In this document: piece after piece, positions 10,041-16,530 of the stretch
Layout: each line of letters starts with the position of its first letter
How positions within the stretch are numbered: the stretch's first letter is position 1
From: Macrostomum lignano
Lineage: Eukaryota
Assembly (NCBI GenBank): GCA_002269645.1
Contig: NIVC01000317.1
Location: forward strand, 462,346 to 478,875
DNA: 16,530 nt
Reading direction: 5' to 3'
Notes under the pieces: model-generated
Database searches by the model: none
Seen by the model: the letters and a program-made list of their open reading frames with translations, nothing else
Told to the model about the DNA's origin: nothing
Translations under genes and position numbers: made by a program

Positions 10041-10700
10041 CAAGTTGAAGCAGCCAGGATCAGAGCAGAGAAGGAAGTTCAGCTTAGGAAAAGAAGCAAA
10101 ATGCGCACACAGGGACGGAGCGGAGAGAGGGAAAAGTGACCCGGCCCGATAACGATCTGCTCCCCTGACAGGCTAATGGAGAAATTCCCTCAATTTTTTA
10201 AAGAAAAAACGTTTGCCCAACCACCGCCGCCGCCGTCTGCGATGACGTTAAAAAGAATTTCAAGCAAGCCTCAGCCCGCAACATGCTTGGAGCAACTGCC
10301 CAGCCGGTGGGAGTTGCACTGGATGGACCCTGCAGTCGTCAAGGGAACGGGCGGCTCAGCGGGGGATTATTAAGTCGGTTGGGAACAAGGGGAGGAAGGG
10401 AGGCAGAGGGAAGGCTATCCCAAAGTGTTGTTAAAATTGATTCAATCTCGTCTGCCGGAGCCACCCCGCCAAGGCAGCGGCGAGGCCAGCGCAATAAATG
10501 GCTTTTTGTGTTCTCGGGCCAGCTGGACAGACGGCTTACCTTGATGTAGCTGGCGGTTAGGTAACTCTTCCTTTCTCTCAAGATTCTCTTCTGCTAGCTA
10601 AGTGGTGTTCTGAAAGTCACTGTAAAACACCTGTGCGCTTTTCCTGTCTGGTAACTAAGGGAGGCTTAGAATTACACTCACCCAGCTTCACGTTCACGTA

Positions 10701-11907
10701 TAACTTCACAGATCCCCAAGCTTCACAAATCTTTAAGCTTCACCGATCCCCAAGCTTCACAAATCTCTAAGCTTCACAGATCCCCAAGCTTCACAAATCT
10801 CTAAGCTTCACCGATCCCCAAGCTTCACAAATCTCTAAGCTTCACAGATCCCCAAGCTTCACAAATCTCTAAGCTTCACAAATCTCTAAGCTTCACAGAT
10901 CCCCAAGCTTCACAGATCCCTAAGCTTCACAGATCCCCAAGCTTCACAGATCCCCAAGCTTCACAGATCCCCAAGCTTCACAGATCCCCAAGCTTTACAG
11001 ATCCCCAAGCTTCACAGATCCCCAAGCTTCACAAATCTCTAAGCTTCACAGATCCCCAAGCTTCACAGATCCCCAAGCTTCACAAATCTCTAAGCTTCAC
11101 AAATCTCTAAGCTTCACAGATCCCCAAGCTTCACAGATCCCTAAGCTTCACAGATCCCCAAGCTTCACAGATCCCTAAGCTTCACAGATCCCCAAGCTTC
11201 ACAGATCCCCAAGCTTCACAGATCCCCAAGCTTCACAGATCCCCAAGCTTTACAGATCCCCAAGCTTCACAGATCCCCAAGCTTCACAAATCTCTAAGCT
11301 TCACAGATCCCCAAGCTTCACAGATCCCCAAGCTTCACAAATCTCTAAGCTTCACAAATCTCTAAGCTTCACAGATCCCCAAGCTTCACAGATCCCTAAG
11401 CTTCACAGATCCCCAAGCTTCACAGATCCCCAAGCTTCACAGATCCCCAAGCTTTACAGATCCCCAAGCTTCACAGATCCCCAAGCTTCACAGATTCCCA
11501 AGCTTCACAGATCCCCAAGCTTCACAGATCCCCAAGCTTCACAGATCCCCAAGCTTCACAGATCCCCAAGCTTCACAGATCCCCAAGCTTCACAGATCCC
11601 CAAGCTTCACAGATCCCCAAGCTTCACAGATCCCCAAGCTTCACAGATCCCCAAGCTTCACAGATCCCCAAGCTTCACAGATCCCCAAGCTTCACAGATC
11701 CCCAAGCTTCACAGATCCCCAAGCTTCACAGATTCCCAAGCTTCACAGATCCCCAAGCTTCACAGATCCCCAAGCTTCACAGATCCCCAAGCTTCACAGA
11801 TCCCCAAGCTTCACAGATCCCCAAGCTTCACAGATCCCCAAGCTTCACAGATCCCCAAGCTTCACAGATCCCCAAGCTTCACAGATCCCCAAGCTTCACA
11901 GATCCCC
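10701..11907. repeat. Minisatellite R8, 17-bp unit AAGCTTCACAGATCCCC, 71 units, with higher-order variant pattern
   Basis: 1207 bp = 71x17 with no indel. Recurrent variants end in AAATCTCT, CGATCCCC, GATCCCT or GATTCCC, or carry AAGCTTTACA. Confidence 0.99.
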
Positions 11908-12602
11908 GCTCTCCAAGTCGCACAATATTCTTCACCCGTCACCCATCGATCCCATATGAGTAATCAGCGCATGCGAGTGAAAATTGATTGAAAAATTCCA
12001 TAACTCCATCACCCCAGTGTTCACCTTCGCGACAAAATCTGCGCGCGCCGTGTAAAACTGAAACCCGACTTTCACTGCCCGCCGCCGCCCAACCCCCCCC
12101 CCGTGGAGAATGTTTTTCTTTGAGAGAAGCACAGAAATGGATTTCGGCCCGCCGCCAGCTTTGGGTAGCAACTAAAAATCGTCTATACCAGCGGCCCAGC
12201 TTCCCCCCGTGGGCTTCATCTGCTTATTGGTAGATGCGGCCATCTCCCTCCACCCCGACAAAGAGTGGCCGAGTCGGATTTCCAACTGTTTAGCAGGAGG
12301 GGGTTTCGAATCCCTGTTGTTACAGGCTGGTTTGTTGTTGGCCCCCCGTGAAGTTGCATAAGCAGCCGCGGGCGGTCGGGCAGACACAGGCGGACAGGGA
12401 CAGGGGCGAGTATCCAGTGTAATGTATATTCAATCCAATATTCCCAAGCAAATTGGTCTATGCAACTTTCATGTATTTATATATATGGAAGCAGAAATAG
12501 ATTAGTTGACATTGTTCTTTTTGCCCCAAGTTTATGTCTATCCTTATCTGCCCTGCCCTACTTAGACCCCCCGGGGACTGTACCACTGGGATCGGAACCT
12601 GG

Positions 12603-12636
12603 CTGACTGATTTTGCAGTTTTTTCTCCTTTTGCAG
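12603..12636 (+). other. 3' splice region: branch-point-like CTGAC/CTGAT, pyrimidine tract and acceptor
   Basis: CTGAC at 12603-12607 lies ~30 nt upstream of TTTTTTCTCCTTTTGCAG (AG 12635-12636). Alternative same-phase AGs end at 12618 and 12639. Confidence 0.7.
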
Positions 12637-12828
12637 CAGCACCAACGAGCGGCCTGTTGGTGTTGGCCTTCGGGCTCTGCCTTCAGCTGCCTTCGCTGTC
12701 CGACTCGATGCTGACGCTGGCGGGAGCTGCCGTCAGGGAGAACTTCTGTCACGTGGCCAATGACACCTGCTACCAGAGCTCGGAGTGCGGAGCCAAGCTG
12801 GGCCTGGTGCGGATCCTCTGCCTGGACT
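12637..12828 (+). CDS. Coding exon (phase 1-1) of a probable GDNF-family-receptor-alpha-like / GAS1-like cell-surface or secreted protein: signal-peptide-like segment plus first half of a GDNF/GAS1 cysteine-rich domain
   Basis: Canonical acceptor and donor (T|GTGAGT at 12829), length 192 nt. 54 of 63 complete codons end in G/C. Peptide: APTSGLLVLAFGLCLQLPSLSDSMLTLAGAAVRENFCHVANDTCYQSSECGAKLGLVRILCLD. The spacing C-x2-A-x3-C-x5-C-x10-C matches the N-terminal half of GFRalpha/GAS1 domains as I recall them, and there is an N-D-T glycosylation sequon. Exon call is strong (~0.85); family call is from motif recognition only (~0.6). Confidence 0.75.
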
Positions 12829-12834
12829 GTGAGT
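12829..12834 (+). other. 5' splice donor GTGAGT
   Basis: Full intronic consensus GTGAGT, at the point where GC3 bias ends and shortly before array R9 begins. Confidence 0.8.
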
Positions 12835-12844
12835 TGCCTGCTCT

Positions 12845-13773
12845 GCGGGTGGCTGGGCGATTTTTCTAGTGGGGTGGCTAGGCGATTTTTCTAGTGGGGT
12901 GGCTGGGCGATTTTTCTAGTGGGGTGGCTGGATGATTTTTCTAGTGGGGTTGGCTGGGCGATTTTTCTAGTGGGGTTGGCGATTTTTCTAGTGGGGTTGG
13001 CTGGGCGATTTTTCTAGTGGGGTGGCTGGGCGATTTTTCTAGTAGGGGTGGCTGGGGCGATTTTTCTAGTGGGGTTGGCTGGGGCGATTTTTCTAGTGGG
13101 GTTGGCTGGGGCGATTTTTCTAGTGGGGTGGCTGGGCGATTTTTCTAGTGGGGTTGGCTGGGCGATTTTTCTAGTGGGGTTGGCTGGGCGATTTTTCTAG
13201 CGGGGTTGGCTGGGCGATTTTTCTAGCGGGGTTGGCTAGGCGATTTTTCTAGTGGGGTTGGCTGGGCGATTTTTCTAGTGGGGTTGGCTGGGGCGATTTT
13301 TCTAGTGGGGTTGGCTGGGGCGATTTTTCTAGTGGGGTGGCTGGGCGATTTTTCTAGTGGGGTTGGCTGGGCGATTTTTCTAGTGGGGTTGGCTGGGCGA
13401 TTTTTCTAGCGGGGTTGGCTGGGCGATTTTTCTAGCGGGGTTGGCTAGGCGATTTTTCTAGTGGGGTTGGCTGGGCGATTTTTCTAGTGGGGGTGGCTGG
13501 GCGATTTTTCTAGTGGGGTTGGCTGGGGCGATTTTTCTAGTAGGGGTGGCTGGGGCGATTTTTCTAGTGGGGTGGCTGGGGCGATTTTTCTAGTGGGGTG
13601 GCTGGGCGATTTTTCTAGTAGGGGTGGCTGGGGCGATTTTTCTAGTGGGGTTGGCTGGGGCGATTTTTCTAGTGGGGTGGCTGGGGCGATTTTTCTAGTG
13701 GGGTGGCTGGGCGATTTTTCTAGTAGGGGTGGCTGGGGCGATTTTTCTAGTGGGGTTGGCTGGGCGATTTTTC
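12845..13773. repeat. Minisatellite R9, 25-27-bp unit GGCTGGG(G)CGATTTTTCTAGTGGGGT(T), ~35 copies
   Basis: Tandem copies varying mainly in G- and T-run length. It starts 16 nt after the 12829 donor. Confidence 0.97.
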
Positions 13774-14328
13774 AGTCACCATCGGTTAATTAATTTAAGC
13801 AAATTCTTCCAACAGTTTCCAAAAGCCCATCTGTTGTCGCTTTTCAAATGTCTTGAAGGCGCAACACCTCATCCTGAGCGACTGATTGACAGCTCAGCTA
13901 AGTTGAGAAGATGAACTCGACATATCGCCTCGCAAATGTGGAGCCCGTGAAGAGGGCTTGACAAGGGGGCGGGGCAGTCATTCAGGCGTTTGGGGACCCC
14001 CAAGCTGTCAATGTCTCTCAAGTTCAGACAATGAGCTGGCACCGCTGCCTCACCGAGTGAAAGCGCTAAAATTGGGACTTTCACCCGCCAGCTCGCTGTT
14101 GAAGTGGCTCCGCTATGATAAAAATTAACTCCGTTGCGTCACCGTTCTCCATCTTCCTCCCATTCTCACTTCCCTTTCTATTGTTCACAATTGCACAGCT
14201 CTCCGCATCCCACAGACCTACGCCTACTGACACGTTTGACCTCTGAAGTGTCCCTCTAACTGGGGCTGTTTGAATATTAATATTTTTTAGACATAAAATA
14301 GAGGATTTAGCATTTAAAACGGCTGACT

Positions 14329-14378
14329 GTGCGTGCTTGTGACATGTGTGCGCGCTTGTGACATGTGCGCGCTTGTGA
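14329..14378. repeat. Nascent tandem repeat, 17-19-bp unit GTGCG(C/T)GCTTGTGACAT, ~2.8 copies
   Basis: GTGCGTGCTTGTGACATGT / GTGCGCGCTTGTGACAT / GTGCGCGCTTGTGA. Confidence 0.8.
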
Positions 14379-15769
14379 TTTCAATAAGCGCTTGAATCAA
14401 TCTCTTGAACCGGAACAGATCTTCAGCTAGTTCAATCCGTTTACAAGTCATTGTTGATTCAGTGGCCTAGAGTCAACCTTACCTGAGCAATACAGTGCAG
14501 TGCGCTCATGCCTTCTGATTGCAGCCGAGAGTTCAGAGTCATTATATGGACAGCTGACTACCCCAAAGTCAATTAATTTTTTTCATGCTCCATGTGGAGT
14601 TCCCGGGTCAGCTAATGATTTCGGCTTAATGAGACAAATGACAGACCGGCGGCACGGCTCACAGGGGGATCTGGTTTCGCATCCGTTGCTGGGATATAAA
14701 CTTTAGTGAAGAAAAAACACACCGTGGGCGATGAGGAGAAGGAAGCCCCCCCCCCGCCCCAGCTGAGCACAGGCCGAGCCCTGGCCAACAGCTCCGCTGA
14801 TTGAATTACCCGCACTTGAGCAATTAGCGGTGCGGGCCCGGCCGCCTGCGGTGCCGCCAGCCTCTCCGCGCCTCATCTCCCGGACAAAATGAGAAAAAGA
14901 AGAAGACGACCGACCAAGCAGTGTCCGGGCGGGATCTCTCTAGCTGTCGGCAAATTCCGGCTTCCTTTCGTCTCTCTCTTGAACTCGATTTCCTCTTTCG
15001 CGTCTGCATGTCCTTGGAAGAGTAGATGAAGAAGAGAGGAGGCTGGCCTCATCTAGATCTCCAAACCCACTTGTTATCCTGCGCCGCCCCGAGTTGCTGA
15101 AACTTTCTCTTTTCATCTCTCTTTCGGCTGAGCGGACACTTTCTTCCGAGGAAGCAGTTAAAGAAGAAAGACTTTTTCTTGGAAGCAGCGAAGCTTCCCG
15201 ATTTTTGTTTATTATCGCTCGAGCCAGTCAAGCGTGCCATTTAAAACTCGGCCGAGCTGCAAAATTTGACACACAAGCAGAGAGAGAGCCGGGAAGCCAG
15301 CTGAATTGTTTCTTATCTACCCGCCCGCCTTTCTCATATCGAAATCTATGGTCAAAATCTTCCGGCCCGTCACACGCAACACTGAGCTCGATTCGGGTCT
15401 GGGGGGCGGCGGCTGCGCTCAACTCAACTGGAAAATATCAGCCGCCTCGATCACTCAAAATCGCTGACACTTCTTGGAGGAGAGGCTTGGGTGGGGGGGG
15501 GGCTTGGAGGCCCTCACGCCCGGACAGTCGGACAAAACTGTGTGACGAATTCGGGGACGCCCGCCACGGCAAACCGCTGCCTGGAGGCGGTAAATCAAAT
15601 TGCTTTCGGGCCGCTCCCAGCATTACGGACCGCCTCGCACTCTGCGGTCTCTATGCTGGAGTGTAGCGTTGGCTCTCGCTCTTTCCTGGCATTTCCATAA
15701 CTGGCTGGCATCCTGATCACTGTTTCACTCTGTATATCACTCTCTTGCTTCCTCTCTTTGCTTCTATCT

Positions 15770-16530
15770 CCTTCTCCTCACTCTCCCCACTCCCCTTCAC
15801 TCTTCCCACTCTCTCACTCTCCCCCACTCTCCTCCACTCTCCCACTCTCGCCCACTCTCCTCCACTCTCCTCCACTCTCCCACTCTCTCACTCTCCTCCA
15901 CTCTCCTCCACTCTCCCTCCACTCTCTCACTCTCCTCCACTCTCCTCCACTCTCCTCCACTCTCCACTCTCCACTCTCTCACTCTCCTCCACTCTCGCTC
16001 CACTCTCCCACTCTCTCACTCTCCTCCACTCTCCTCCACTCTCCTCACTCTCCTCCACTCTCCCACTCTCTCACTCTCCTCCACTCTCCTCCACTCTCCC
16101 ACTCGATCTCTCACTCTCCCCACTCTCCTCCACTCTCTCACTCTCCCCCACTCTCCTCCACTCTCCCACTCTGCCCCACTCTCCTCCACTCTCCACTCTC
16201 CCCACTCTCCTCCACTCTCCCACTCTCCCCCACTCTCCTCCACTCTCCACTCCACTCTCCTCCACTCTGCCCACTCGCACTCTCCCCCACTCTCCTCCAC
16301 TCTCTCACTCTCCCTCCCACTCTCCTCCACTCTCCCACTCTCCCCCACTCTCCTCCACTCTCCCACTCTCCCCCACTCTCTCCACTCTCCCACTCTCCCC
16401 CACTCTCCTCCACTCTCCACTCTCCTCCACTCTCCCACACTCGCGCACACTCTCCCCACTCTCCTCCACTCTCCTCCACTCTCCCCACTCTCCCCACTCT
16501 CCCCCACTCTCCCCCACTCTCCCACTCTCC
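15770..16530. repeat. Low-complexity minisatellite R10, 9-10-bp units CTCTCCTCCA / CTCTCCCCA, truncated by the window end
   Basis: Almost G-free + strand, preceded by a degenerate TCACTC-rich lead-in from ~15716. Confidence 0.95.

Noticed and set aside
10520-10570. Strong minus-strand donor-like AAG|GTAAGC at ~10535-10545 and a plus-strand TAG|GTAACT nearby
   Set aside because: There is no matching acceptor with a pyrimidine tract and no convincing coding frame. Isolated consensus matches are expected by chance.
12558-12752. 64-aa minus-strand ORF
   Set aside because: It is the antisense shadow of the high-GC3 plus-strand exon. The splice signals are on the + strand.
12845-13773. R9 as recursive-splicing sites, telomeric repeat or Chi-like array
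   Set aside because: The AG is followed by TG, TA or CG rather than GT, so there is no AG|GT ratchet point. There is no TTAGGG-type unit and no GCTGGTGG.
14190-14230. Acceptor-like TTGCACAG as the next exon of the GFRalpha-like gene
   Set aside because: In phase 1 it reads SLRIPQTYAY then a stop, with none of the expected cysteines.
15094-15666. 190-aa ORF in unique sequence
   Set aside because: It has a non-ATG start, no GC3 bias like the real exon, homopolymer runs and no recognisable domain. It lacks the cysteine pattern needed to continue the GDNF domain.
1292-16530. Arrays as inserted mobile elements, or as individually excised or spliced units
   Set aside because: No target-site duplications, terminal inverted repeats or consistent GT-AG boundaries were found at the array edges. 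The edges fade into degenerate copies of the unit, and the flanks do not join into a reading frame.
15770-16530. R10 9-mer CTCTCCCCA is the mirror image of R2 9-mer ACCCCTCTC
   Set aside because: With three letters and very low complexity this relation is easily coincidental, and no copying mechanism yields reversed, uncomplemented sequence.

Overview
Eukaryotic, probably animal, genomic DNA with no prokaryotic gene structure, RNA gene, CRISPR array or recognisable transposase/RT ORF. About 7 kb of the 16.5 kb (~42%) is ten separate minisatellite arrays (units 9-34 bp, arrays 0.3-1.2 kb) alternating with 0.6-2 kb unique segments. The long ORFs in the supplied track are mostly read-throughs of these arrays. 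One convincing coding exon was found: 12637-12828 (+), a symmetric phase 1-1 exon of 192 nt with 86% GC3. It encodes a hydrophobic signal-peptide-like stretch and a C-x6-C-x5-C-x10-C motif matching the first half of a GDNF-receptor-alpha/GAS1 domain. Most of the window is therefore probably intronic or upstream sequence of a GFRalpha/GAS1-like gene whose remaining exons lie beyond the window. The minisatellite density and style resemble repeat-rich invertebrate genomes such as the flatworm Macrostomum, but this is unverified inference. I found no clear evidence of a wholly new system. The best leads are the exon, the regular array mosaic and the internal structure of individual arrays.
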